Assembly (NCBI GenBank): GCA_964016885.1
Contig: OZ024742.1
Location: 94,798,001-94,862,000 of the forward strand
Source of the DNA: Eledone cirrhosa
Lineage: Eukaryota
Length of the DNA: 64,000 bases
Reading direction: 5' to 3'
A model generated the notes under the pieces. It made no database searches and was not told where the DNA came from. It saw only the letters and a list, made by a program, of their open reading frames with translations. Of this stretch, positions 36,616 to 50,832 are shown piece after piece (the first letter of the stretch is position 1; each line of letters opens with the position of its first letter). The position numbers were made by a program, and so were the translations under genes.

Positions 36616-38272
36616 TCTGTCTACTTTTGTTTGTTTATACAGTTACGTTACAATTAAAGGTCTCTTGACATTTGCCTGACTTCTGAGAAAACGCTTTTGG
36701 TCAAATTCTGGCATCAAATAGTTGTGTGCTTTGTATATGAGCATATGGAACTGTGGTACATGAGCCTAGAGACCAGGGACAAAACACTATCTTATACACA
36801 CATTCACCAGCACATACTTACAACACACACATATTTACCTACACATACTTCAACATGAATACAGATATACCTGGCCATTCATATATGTACACAAACACAC
36901 ACAACAAGATAAACAGTCTTTTTAAAACCATATTCCATGCTAAAGCAGGGGTTAATAATGCTGTCTCCATAGCAGGTTTGATACTGATCCTGGTGTCACT
37001 TTTGATGCATGGTTCATGGTCAGATAATATCCTTCCTGGCAAAAACCCTTTTAGCTGCCTCACACCACATGCTGCGGTAGTGTACCTATTTTAAACTGGA
37101 TACATACAGTACGAAAAATTACAATCTACTGCATCTTTCAATGGGAGCAAGCATTGTGGGACCCATGACAGGCTTTAAACTGGTCATGGGGTCCTTTCTG
37201 AGGACATGTTTTACAGCTGGATGCTCTTCCTAACAATAAATATTTTAGTTGCCTGTAGTGACATGCCTGGATACTGTATACCTATTGTAAACTGGATATT
37301 CACAGTATTGTTTCACTATGACTATCAAAATGATGCCTTGTTTTGCATCGTACCCCATTGAAACTTGATCTCCTATCATGTGTGCAGTCCTTAAGTTAGA
37401 GCGCTTGCTTGAAAAATAACTAAAAATATATTTTTTAATCAAACCTGAATAAAATATTGGTTTCTGATTCAGGCCCAAAGCCAGTACATTTTTGTATTGC
37501 CGACAGTAAAAAATATATGCACAAGATTCCACATAGTGAGATCAAACCTGAAACCTCATGATTGTGAAGTAAACCTCTTTAAAATTTGGCCAGCTTAGTA
37601 GCCTATTACTTATCTTTTATGCCATTTCTTTACTATAATTATGTATACCACTATTCTCTTATACTTTTAATAGTTTGTTATTAGACAGTGGCCATACTGG
37701 GACACCAATTTCAAGTGATTTAGTTGATCATTTCAGCCACAGTACTTATTTCAAGCCTATTGTTTTTATCAATCTCTATTTGACAAACTGTAAAGTTACA
37801 GGACATAAACATGAGTAGACAAACACTCATACATGGAAAATATGAAAATATAAACAGGGTATATATTAATTAATCTACATATTACCAGCGGTTTCAAGAT
37901 ATCTTGAATCTGCTGGTAATACATAAATAATTCAAACTGTTAATATAAATAATTTCTGCTTCCACATTGTGTTGATTGCTCTTTTCATTTATTGTACCCG
38001 TACACAACACAGCCCATTATGTCATGTGGTTGTGTTGCTGATGCAATAAAAATCAACCAGTTCACCCTGTAAGGTAGTAGTGTTAGTGGCATGGGAAAAT
38101 GCTTTCAGTACATGCTGTTAAGAGGTTGGCATTAGAAAGGACAGTCAACCATAGAAAACAAGTCAAAAATAGAACATATAAGAAGAAAAGATCATCTGAC
38201 CAGTCATGCCTCAAAATGTGACAACTAGTTTATCCCATGGAAAATATACGTTAAATGGCAAGGTTGATTATT

Positions 38273-38307
<35 letters not shown>

Positions 38308-39031
38308 ACATGTCTAAAAATGTAGAAAATCTCAAATGCATAAATAACTGTGAACACAATTTAGGAAATAGAGTAAAATACCCCTATAGATGGAGAAAAG
38401 CGGCCACCAGGCACTGCATACAATTGAACTCTGTGCCTCAAATATTTGGCTTAGTGCTCTGAATATATATATATATCACTGGCTTCCACAGTGCCCATCT
38501 ACTCAATTTCCTTCACAGGGCATTGGTAAGCCTGGGATAATAGTAGAAGACACGAGCTCAAGGTGGCATACAGTGAAACCTAACCTGAAATCTTATGGTT
38601 GTGAAGCAAATTACTTAACTACAGTCCTATGTCTGCACCAAATATTACTATGCTATTGGTTAAGATATCAATAGCTTTTATTTTCTATTGATTAGTCTGA
38701 GAACAAGATTGTGGTTATGATATATTTTCTCAAGAGTTCGTTGGGCCAATGAAACATTCATAAATTGTGTAGTGCTACTGATGTTGTTGTTATTGGTGGT
38801 GCTGACTAGAGTAATGAAATAGTAGTGCTGTGTGGTATCTTTTTACAGAGTGGTGCACTGGGTAGCAGAAAAATGGTAATAAAATATGATCAGTTGAGCC
38901 TTCAGTCATTTGGCTGTCTAATATATTATTGGCTCAGAATAACTGACAAAACATAAGACTATGCATAGATTCTCATACACATACACACACACATATGTAT
39001 AAATACACAAACATATATATATATATGCTGA

Positions 39032-39074
<43 letters not shown>

Positions 39075-39229
39075 AGAAAGTATGACCGCAATGGCTTGAG
39101 CTCTGCCGTCGGGGTCATACTTACTCCTATTACCTACTCTATTACCCTAAGTATTGAGTACTCTGGTGCGTTATGGTCCATCTGGTTCCTTACCACTACT
39201 CCTTCGTTATATATATATATATATCATCA

Positions 39230-40160
39230 GCATCATCATCAATACCACCATTTAACGTCCATACTTCCACACTAGCATGGGTTAGTTGAATAGTCTCGAT
39301 GTGAATCAAGTCTTGTCAGATGATGTGTCTTGTTCATACAAAACTAATTTTGGCTTTGTTTCTATGGCTGGATGTCCTTCCTGATGCCAATCACATTTAC
39401 AGTGTCGAAACTGGGTGTCTATTATCATGGTATCAAAATGACCACTTGACAGGGTAGACTGGCTGCTTTTTTTGTGACACCTACATGACAACTTTAATGC
39501 ATGGACTGGGTCATTTTTGTTGTGTCACCAACACGACCACTTTACAGTGTGGACTGGATGATCTTTGTTGTCACCAACACAACCACTTTACAGGTGTGAC
39601 TCTGTGCTAGGCATCACAATGGCCATTTTAGTCATGACTCCATCTCAGCCACTTTACATGGTGGACTTGGTGCTTTTCTCATGTCACCAACTTGTTTACA
39701 CAGGGTTAGCTGGGTGCCTTCTGTCATGCTACCAACACACCCAATTACAGAGTGAGCTTGGTGCTTCTTGTTATGTCACCAGCATGACAACCTTTTGCTT
39801 AAGAGAGATGGTCAGATGTGAGGCTAGGGTGGGTTTTGCCATTCATGTAAATATATTACTATTATCCATGCATCAGAGCATGCAAGCTTAATTTCTTTCC
39901 AGTCTACATAAGTCCACTGCACAGTGCCCAGGTCTCTCTACCATGCAGCAGTGCTGTTCGCATACACTCCTCATACAATATACCCTTCATTTTAAAGGAA
40001 AAACCTTTTGTTGCTAGCAGTGGTAGTCGCTCCATGAATTTTCTCCATCTCGATCTCACTCTGGCTATTTTTGGAACACCCAATTCTACAACTAATTTGG
40101 TCACCCAGGTAACAGAAACTGCCAGCTGCTTCTAAAGAACCCTTTAGTACCTATAGTTTG
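39230..40160 (-). mobile_element. Degenerate RTE LINE fragment, internally deleted
   Basis: ARVRSRWRKFMERLPLLATKGFSFKMKGILYEEC...ETWAL, minisatellite 3' UTR and (GAT)n-like tail. Confidence 0.8.
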
Positions 40161-40448
40161 TATTTGGGACAGGGGATGGAATTTATATATATAAATATAT
40201 TTATCAAAGGCTGACCAGCAAAGAAACATCATCAGCACATTCAGTCGTCGCCTGTATCACACAAAAAGAAAATTTCAACAATTTTTTTAATATCTTTTAG
40301 GAGGTTTTTAATGTTTTCAAGTTTATATAGGTTTTTATGCTATCTTAAGAGCTCAGCCTTGCAAAATATGGTAGTCCTCAGAGAAATATGTATAACAAAG
40401 ATTTAGATAAACATAAATAAACTGATTGTGACCTTCAATCTTTTTTAA

Positions 40449-40484
<36 letters not shown>

Positions 40485-40580
40485 AAGTTTCAGTTGAAAA
40501 TTGAAAAAGTCATAGGGGTGAAGAGTGCTCTATGTAAGTTACAGAGCTAAATATATTATATATATATATATATATATATA

Positions 40581-41448
40581 CGAGGTGTGTCAGAAAAGTT
40601 CCAGGACTGATGTCACAAAAGATTTATTTCAAACCCAAACGTCACACTAAGAGTTTTCTCCTTCAAAGTAATCCCCCTGGAGTATGTAACTGTAATCTTA
40701 GCTCTCTGCAGCGATCAAACTTTTTTCTTCATAATTTTATATACATGTCCTCTGTTTCAGGTCATCAAGCAATTAGCACAGGGTAACGAACAAACTTGAA
40801 AACTCCGTCAGAAGCACTGGGATTTCTGCAGCAAGTGTATGGAGATGAGACGATGTCACGCTCACATTTTTTTGAGTGGTGCAAGAAGTTTAAAGGACAC
40901 GAGGACATGGAAGATGACCCCAGGACTGAGGTCAACGTTGAGCGTATCAGGCAGATGGTGCGTAGTGATCGTCGGCTGACTGTTCGACTGATGGCAAATG
41001 AGCTGGGCATGAATCGGGACAGCGTCTGGAAATTCTCACTGAAGATTTGGATATGTGGAAAGTCTGTGCGAAGATGGTGCCAAAACTACTGAACGATGAC
41101 CAGAAGGGTCGACGCATGCAAGTGTGCCAGGAGATCCTCGAGTGTCTTGAAACCGAACCAGACTTGCTAGGGACAGTCATCACTGGTGATGAGTCAGGGA
41201 TCTTCGAGTACGACCCGGAGTGGCCCCGTTTTGAAGACGTGGACAACATCAAAAAGGCCGTGATGACGGAACTGCGGAGGATCCCGGAAGAATCCTTCGA
41301 GGAGTGCATGCAAGCATGGCAGAAAAGGATGGAAAAGTGCATTAGACTCCAGGGGGATTACTTTGAAGGAGAAAACGCTTAGTGTGAAATTTGGGTTTGA
41401 AATAAATCTTTTGCGACATCAGTCCTGAAACTTTTCTGACACACCTCG
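40581..41448 (+). mobile_element. Internally deleted mariner element with both ends and ~103-bp TIRs
   Basis: TA|CGAGGTGTGTCAGAAAAGTT...AACTTTTCTGACACACCTCG|TA; transposase pieces (HTH, KVCAKMVPKLL, VITGDESG, GDYFE); DD34D core largely deleted. Confidence 0.93.
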
Positions 41449-41883
41449 TATATATATAAATAGGGGGTAACAAGGCAAAGAAGATGGAAAAATCAATGGA
41501 AATCCTATTTTGAATTTATTTTCTAAAAACTTGATCATGTGTGCTTTTTTCTAAACTATCATATAATAGACATCATACCACCGGATCTGTCTTCTATTCT
41601 CTCATCTTACCTTTTATATGACTCTGTGTCAGTCTTCTTTGTTTACACATTTGATTACATTCCATATTGCTAACATTGGGTACTTACTTAATTGGAATAT
41701 ACTTACTGTAGCCATATAAGCTTAAATATATACATTTAGGTATTTTTTCAAACATACATAATTCCACACACAATCTTAATATATATATGTAGATTTTTGT
41801 GTTGGGTTACAGGGGGAAGTGTAACCATAGTTGCAAAATGTAATAAATACATTGGTAGAGTATAGGCATTTTTATTATCTATA

Positions 41884-41942
41884 GAAATGATTTCTACAGG
41901 ACCAGAACTGTTTCATTCATATGAAATCATCAGAACATTCCC
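41884..41942 (-). ncRNA. Hammerhead-like motif, same family as 6059-6113
   Basis: GGAAUGUU-CUGAUGA-UUUCAUAUGAAU-GAAA-CAG-UUCUGGUC-CUG-UA-GAAAUCAUUUC; stem I interrupted. Confidence 0.6.
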
Positions 41943-43479
41943 GATGATTTCTACAAGTAACTCTGTTGTATTTTTCTAGAAGTAATTTCTATGTATAATA
42001 AAGATAAATGTATGTATGTATCTGTGTGTATATACATATATATATGTGTGTGTGTGTGTGTGTGAGTTGGGCTGTACTCATTAAGAGAGGATTTTTTTTG
42101 CAGGAATGAGTATTATCATTCCATTATATCTGTTGACCACCCTGGGGCAACACCATTATTAAGTGTGGTAGTGTCAGAACCATGATACTGATGAGGTAGG
42201 GGTGGGATATGGGGCCATGTGGACGGAAAAGATGAGCATGTTGGGATGAGGAAAGACAAAGAGGTGAGATAATGATAAAAATAAGAAGAATAAGACAGAG
42301 AATGCAAAAAAGTAAAGATTGGATGACTGATTGACTGATTAGATGAAAAAGTAAAGAAAAAGCAAAATGTGATAGAGAAATAATAATGATAATAATAACG
42401 ACAACGATATAATTAATAGTTATTAATCATATGTGATAATGAAAATCTAATATATATATTTGTGTGTATGAATGTGTGCATGTGTATATATATATATATA
42501 TGTGTGTGTGTTTATATGTATATAGGTATACGTGTGTGTGTATATCTATACATGTAACTATATACATGTATATATGTGTGTGTATGTATATATATATATA
42601 TACATGTGTGTTTTTGTATGTATATATGTATAGATATGTGTGTATCTAGATATGTATACATATATATGTATGGTACCACTATAAAATGCATACAGCCCAC
42701 TTTATAAGGTTGTAGTGCTGATGCCATGAAAAAAAGCAGTACATGGTGTTAGGAAAAGAATCTAGTCATAGAAATCAAGCCAAAAATGGAACATATGTGC
42801 ATGACATGGTCACCTGACATGTCTAGCTTCAGAATACGACATCCTGTATAACTCATGCAGGCATGGAAAATCAACGTCTAATGGTAATAATGATGATGAT
42901 GATGATATATATATATATATTACAAAAATCATTTCAGAAAGGAGTTATTGATTGTGGTGATCTAATGATATGACAACTATGTTAATACTAAGAAATCTCA
43001 GACAATAAAAAATTATCAAGCCATATTTTGGTCATTATCTCATCATATTATCTTACATTTTAAAGGAAAGTTAGCCAAGAAACATCCAGTTCTTGGTTGA
43101 AATTCCCATCATGTCCACCACCAACACCACCAAGGTGTAAGAAATATTAAGATGCATAGTGAACATTATTTCTTCTTTTTATTTTTCATCATTTTCTGTT
43201 TTCTTTCCCTTCTCTCTATCGTTCAACTCTTTGTCCTCCTCATTTTTATTCTTATACTACTTCTTACCATTACTCTACAATTTATTGGTGCTCTTTTGCA
43301 GAATTTTATTTTTCTTCTTTACTATTTATATTTGGGGTGCTTTTTATGATATGTTTTAGTTTATTATGTATTTATTCCAGTGTTTAGAATTCGTAAATAT
43401 TGATTTCTGTGAGGATTTTCCATTAAAAATTATAAGTGAAGATATTATCTAAAATACATTTAAAAATATAAATGTCTGT

Positions 43480-43542
43480 GTTCATATATATATATGTGTG
43501 TGTTTGTGTGTGTATATATATATATATGTATATATGTATATG

Positions 43543-43581
<39 letters not shown>

Positions 43582-43600
43582 GTGTATATATATGTATGTG

Positions 43601-43649
<49 letters not shown>

Positions 43650-44078
43650 ATATATATGTATATGTATATATATATATATGTGTGTATATATATGTATATA
43701 TATATATATATATGTGTGTGTATATATATATATATGTATATATATGTGTATATATATATATGTGTATATATATATGTGTGTGTATATATATATATATGTA
43801 TATATATGTGTATATATATATATGTGTATATATATATGTGTATATATATATATATATGTGTATATAAATGTGTATATATATATATATATATGTGTATATA
43901 TATATGTATATATATATACATGTATATGTGTGTGTATATATATATATGTATATGTGTGTGTATATATATATATGTATATGTGTGTGTATATATATATTTA
44001 TATGCGTGTGTATATATATATATATGTATATATGTGTGTGTATATATATATGTATATATGTGTGTATATATATATGTA

Positions 44079-44110
<32 letters not shown>

Positions 44111-44124
44111 GGTATATATGTGTG

Positions 44125-44199
<75 letters not shown>

Positions 44200-44281
44200 A
44201 TATATATATATGTATGTATATATATGTATATGTGTATATATATATATACATATACACACGCATATAAATATATATATTTTA

Positions 44282-44319
<38 letters not shown>

Positions 44320-44652
44320 GTGTGTGTATATATATATATGTATATGTGTGTGTATATATATATATATATGTATATGTGTATATATATATATATATGTATA
44401 TGTGTATATATATATGTATATGTGTATATATATATATATGTGTATATATATATGTATGTGTATATATATATATATATGTTTATGTGTATATATATATATG
44501 TGTATATATATATATATGTATATGTGTGTATATATATATATATATGTATATGTGTGTGTATATATATATATATGTATATGTGTGTGTATATATATATATA
44601 TGTATATGTGTGTGTATATATATATATATGTATATATGTGTGTGTATATATA
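43480..44652. repeat. ~1.2-kb (TA)/(TG) microsatellite
   Basis: Seen directly; start of a ~9-kb microsatellite field running to ~53.2 kb. Confidence 0.95.
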
Positions 44653-45262
44653 TCATCATCATCATCATCATCATCAACGTTTAACGTCCGTGTTCCACGC
44701 TTGCATGGGTTTGGACGGGGGTAGTCCCACTTGAGGCAAGAGTGATTGTCTTGCTCGCATAGGACTGTCTGGCAGGTTTTCTACAGTTGGATGCCCTTCC
44801 TAACACCAACCACATTTACAGTGTGGGTCTGGGAGGTTTTTACCGTGTTGCCTACACGGCCACATTACAGCGTGGACTGTGTGTTTTTTTGTCGTGACAC
44901 CTACACGATCTCATTTGTTTCGGCCTCGATGGCGCGGCACCAACATAACTTTACATAGAACGGGGTGGTGTGGATGGGGTGGGGGTGGGGTTGGTGGGAC
45001 GGGGTGTATTTTGTTAGAGATGCCTACTGGCTGGAGTAGGTTTTACTATATATTTAGGTAAGGCGGGTCTTCTCTGTTACTGAGTACCGCCAAAGGTCTC
45101 GGTCCAGTGACATTGTCTTGGAGAGGTGTAAGTGTGTGATGTCGGAGTTTATCAGCTTGTCCCAGGTTTTTCTAGGTCTGCCTATTCCGTGACTACCGTC
45201 TATCTTTATTGCCCTGCACTTTGTTATACAGCTATCGACTTTCATGCGCATCACGTGTCCAT
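44652..45262 (-). mobile_element. RTE LINE 3' fragment (family A)
   Basis: GHVMRM...KTRLT*, 3' UTR nearly identical to 4508-4870. Confidence 0.92.
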
Positions 45263-45538
45263 AAATGTATGTATGTATGTGTGTATATATATATATATAT
45301 ATGTGAGTGTGTGTATATATTTATATGTGTGTGTATATATATATGTGTGTATATATATGTGTGTGTGTATATAAGTGTATGTGTATATATATATGTGTGT
45401 GTGTGTTTATATATATATATATATATATGTGTGTATATATATGAGTGTGTGTGTGTGTGTGTATATATGTCTGTGTATATATGTGTGTATATGTGTGTAT
45501 CTGTATATGTGTGTATATGTATATATGTATATATATAT

Positions 45539-45604
<66 letters not shown>

Positions 45605-45861
45605 ATATTTATATATATATATATATATATACATATAAATATTTATATATATATATATATATAAATATATACAAATATATATATACACATATATACACAC
45701 ACACACTCATATATATACACACATATATATATATATACACACATATATATATATATATACACACATATATATATAGATACACACATATATATATACACAC
45801 ATATATACAAACACATATATATATATATACACACACATACATATATATATATGTATATATG

Positions 45862-45894
<33 letters not shown>

Positions 45895-45934
45895 GTATAT
45901 AAATATGTATATATATATATATGTATATATATAT

Positions 45935-46528
45935 ATCATCATCATCATCATCACCGTTTTACGTCCGTTCTTCCACGCTAGCATGGGTTAGACGGGTTGT
46001 CCTGTTGTGGGCAGTGTCTGGTCGGCTGACCATGCCTTGCTCATACAGGAACTGATCTGGCTTGATTTCTACAGCTGGATGCCCTTCCTAACACCAACCT
46101 CATTTACAGTGAGTGCTGGGTGCTTTTTCGTGGCGCCTACACGTCCACTTTACAGTGTGGGCTGGGTGCTTTTTTGCCGTGGCACCTCCACGACCACCTT
46201 GCGGTGGGGGGAGGGGGGGGCATATTGTTTATATGCTTCAGCATGTACCCATGGGAGGTCGGGTACCCTGTATTACTGCGTGACGCCAGAAGTCACGGTC
46301 GTGTGTCATTGACTTTGAGAGGTGTAGTTGGGTAAGGTCGGCTTTTATCACCTCATCCCAAGTCATCTTGGGTCTCCCCACTCCGCGGTTTCCATCAACT
46401 TCTAGTGCTCTGCACCTTTTTATGCAGCTGTCATCCTTCATACGCATCACATGTCCATACCAGCGTAACCGCCTCTCCTGCACGCAGCATTTGATTCCTC
46501 TTATGCTCAGTCTCTCTCTCAATTCATT

Positions 46529-46530
<2 letters not shown>
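45935..46530 (-). mobile_element. RTE LINE 3' fragment (family B)
   Basis: [23 protein letters not shown]...GRPKMTW; distinct 3' UTR shared with 62403-63310. Confidence 0.92.
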
Positions 46531-47446
<916 letters not shown>

Positions 47447-47447
<1 letters not shown>

Positions 47448-48080
47448 ATCATCATCATCATCATCATCAACGTTTAACGTCCGTGTTCCACGCTTGCATG
47501 GGTTTGGACGGGGGTAGTCCCACTTGAGGCAAGAGTGATTGTCTTGCTCGCATAGGACTGTCTGGCAGGTTTTCTACAGTTGGATGCCCTTCCTAACACC
47601 AACCACATTTACAGTGTGGGTCTGGGAGGTTTTTACCATGTTGCCTACACGGCCACATTACAGCGTGGACTGTGTGTTTTTTTGTCGTGACACCTACACG
47701 ATCTCATTTGTTTCGGCCTGGATGGCGCGGCACCAACATAACTTTACATAGAACGGGGTGGTGTGGATGGGGTGGGGGTGGCGGCGGGAGGGGTGTATTT
47801 TGTTAGAGATGCCTACTGGCAAGGCGGGTCTTCTCTGTTACTGAGTACCGCCAAAGGTCACGGTCCAGTGACATTGTCTTGGAGAGGTGTAAGTGTGTGA
47901 GGTCGGAGTTTATCAGCTCATCCCATGTTTTTCTAGGTCTGCCTATTCCGTGGCTACCGTCTATCTTTATTGCCCTGCACTTTGTAATACAGCTATCGAC
48001 TTTCATGCGCATCACGTGTCCATACCAACGCAGCCTTCTCTCGAGTAAACAACATCTGATCCCTCTTATCTCTAATTTTT
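47447..48080 (-). mobile_element. RTE LINE 3' fragment (family A, deletion subfamily)
   Basis: Almost identical to 4508-5137; ends KTRLASRHL*. Confidence 0.92.
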
Positions 48081-48126
48081 TATATATATGTTATATATAT
48101 ATGTATATATATTTTATATATATATG

Positions 48127-48158
<32 letters not shown>

Positions 48159-48167
48159 CGTATATAA

Positions 48168-48198
<31 letters not shown>

Positions 48199-48259
48199 CG
48201 TATATAAATATATATATATATATATGTATATAAATATATATATATATATATGTATATAA

Positions 48260-48290
<31 letters not shown>

Positions 48291-48311
48291 CGTATATAAA
48301 TATATATATAT

Positions 48312-48652
48312 ATCATCATCATCATCATTTTACGTCCGCTTTTCCCTGCTTGCAAGGGTGGGACGGGTCTTATTCAGCACAGCATCTCTCCACTCATCAC
48401 GGTCCCTCGTCATCTCCACCGTGAGCTTCAATGATCTGAGGTCTGTTCTCACCAACTCCGCCCATATTTTTCGTGGTCTACCTCTACCACGTCTTCCTTC
48501 AACTGGCATTTCCTGGCACTTCTTCACCCATCGGTCATCCTCCATGCGCATCACATGTCCATACCACCTCAGTTTCCTCTCCCGTACACTACATTCTATC
48601 CCTCTCAGACACAGTTTCTCTCTCAACACATTTATGCTGGGTCGTTCACGCA
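48312..48652 (-). mobile_element. RTE LINE 3' fragment (family C, almost no 3' UTR)
   Basis: [14 protein letters not shown]...GRPRKIW...[13 protein letters not shown] directly followed by (TGA)n. Confidence 0.9.
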
Positions 48653-48664
48653 CATATATATATG

Positions 48665-48702
<38 letters not shown>

Positions 48703-48810
48703 AATATATATGTATATATATATATGTATACAAATATGTATATATATATATATATAATGTATATATATATATATATAAGGTATATATTTATACAAATATA
48801 TATATATATA

Positions 48811-48847
<37 letters not shown>

Positions 48848-48909
48848 GTATATATATATATATCTATATATATATAATGTATATATGTATACAAATATAT
48901 ATATATATG

Positions 48910-48971
<62 letters not shown>

Positions 48972-49408
48972 ATGTATATATGTATACAAATATATATATA
49001 TATATATAATGTATATATATATATAATGTATATATTTATACAAATATATATATATATATATATATATAATGTATATATATATATATATATATATAATGTG
49101 TATATATATATATAATGTGTATATATATACATATATATAATGTATTTATATATATATAATGTATATATGTATACAAATATATATATATATAATGTATATA
49201 TATATATATAATGTATATATATATATATATAATGTATATATATATATATAATGTATATATATATAATGTATATATATATATATATATAATGTATATATAT
49301 ATAATGTATATATATATATATATAATGTGTATATATATATATAATGTGTATATATATATATAATGTGTATATATATAATGTATATAATGTATATATATAA
49401 TATATAAA

Positions 49409-49727
49409 GGAAGGCGCATGGCTTAGTGGTTAGAGCATTGGATGATGTGTTGTTTCCTTGAGCAAGACACTTTATTTCACATTGCTCCGGTTTACTCAGT
49501 TGTAGAAATGAGATGATAGGGACTGGGGTCCATATCACTCCACTGCAAAGTCGTCGTGGCGGTGCCACGGTAAAAAATCACCCAGCACTCACTGTAAATG
49601 AGGTTGGTGTTAGGAAGTGTATCCAGCTGTAGAAATTAAGCCAGAATCAGTTCCCGTCCCACCCTTGCAAGCAGGGAAAAAGCGGGCGTAAAATGAAATG
49701 ATGATGATGATGAAATGATGATGATGA
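49409..49727 (+). mobile_element. SINE family 1 copy lacking the B box
   Basis: A box present; the segment containing GAGTTCAATTC is deleted relative to 24326. Confidence 0.85.
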
Positions 49728-49789
49728 TATATATATATATATATAGATATATATATATATATATATATTTATATATGTATATATATATA

Positions 49790-49904
<115 letters not shown>

Positions 49905-49905
49905 G

Positions 49906-49940
<35 letters not shown>

Positions 49941-49952
49941 GTATATATACTC

Positions 49953-50388
49953 TGTAGCGGAGTTTAATTTTAGTCTACGACTTCTGCTATACCATTTACG
50001 TGGTTTTGTCTTTCCGTGCTATTGTTCTCCACGCTCCACATATGACTTATTATCTTCGGTTTTTCGTTCATTGCCAGAGAACGTCTCTACGCACCACCTA
50101 AGAGAACATTAGTCTACGACCTCTTTTATACCATAAACGTGGTTCTGTCTTTGCGCGTAATTGTTTTTCACCGCTCCTATTAATGACGTATTATTCGTTT
50201 TTTCCCGTTCTTTTTCAGTGAACGTTACCACGAACCAAAGTATCGTCTTCCTGTCTTCCTCCGGTTGCAACGTTTTTTGAAATATCCAGTTCTGCGTTTA
50301 CAGATTGACTTTGTTAGTTTCAGAAGATCCCGTTAAGGGTGAAAGCAGCGATTCTTTGCTTAAACTTTAATCTGTTATTTTAATAAAT
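49953..50388 (+). mobile_element. CpG-rich insert with diverged ~140-bp tandem duplication and terminal hammerhead-like motif (PLE pLTR/retrozyme-like)
   Basis: TTAGTCTACGAC at 49969 and 50109; hammerhead-like fold at 50316-50366; AATAAA at ~50382; embedded in (TA)n. Confidence 0.55.
50316..50366 (+). ncRNA. Type I hammerhead-like motif with one core substitution
   Basis: AGUUU-CAGAAGA-UCCCGUUAAGGGU-GAAA-GCA-GCGAUUCUU-UGC-UU-AAACU; stems I-III all form; U4 is replaced by A. Confidence 0.6.
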
Positions 50389-50449
50389 ATATATATATGT
50401 ATATATATATATATGTATATATATGTATATATATATGTATATATATGTG

Positions 50450-50512
<63 letters not shown>

Positions 50513-50647
50513 GTATATATATATGTATATATATGTATATATATATATGTATATATATATATGTATATATATATATGTATATATATATATGTATATATAT
50601 ATATATGTATATATATGTATATGTATATATATATATGTATATATATG

Positions 50648-50714
<67 letters not shown>

Positions 50715-50787
50715 GTATATATGTATATATATATGTATATATATATATGTAAATATGTATGTACATATATATATATGTATATATATG

Positions 50788-50821
<34 letters not shown>

Positions 50822-50832
50822 TGTATATATAT

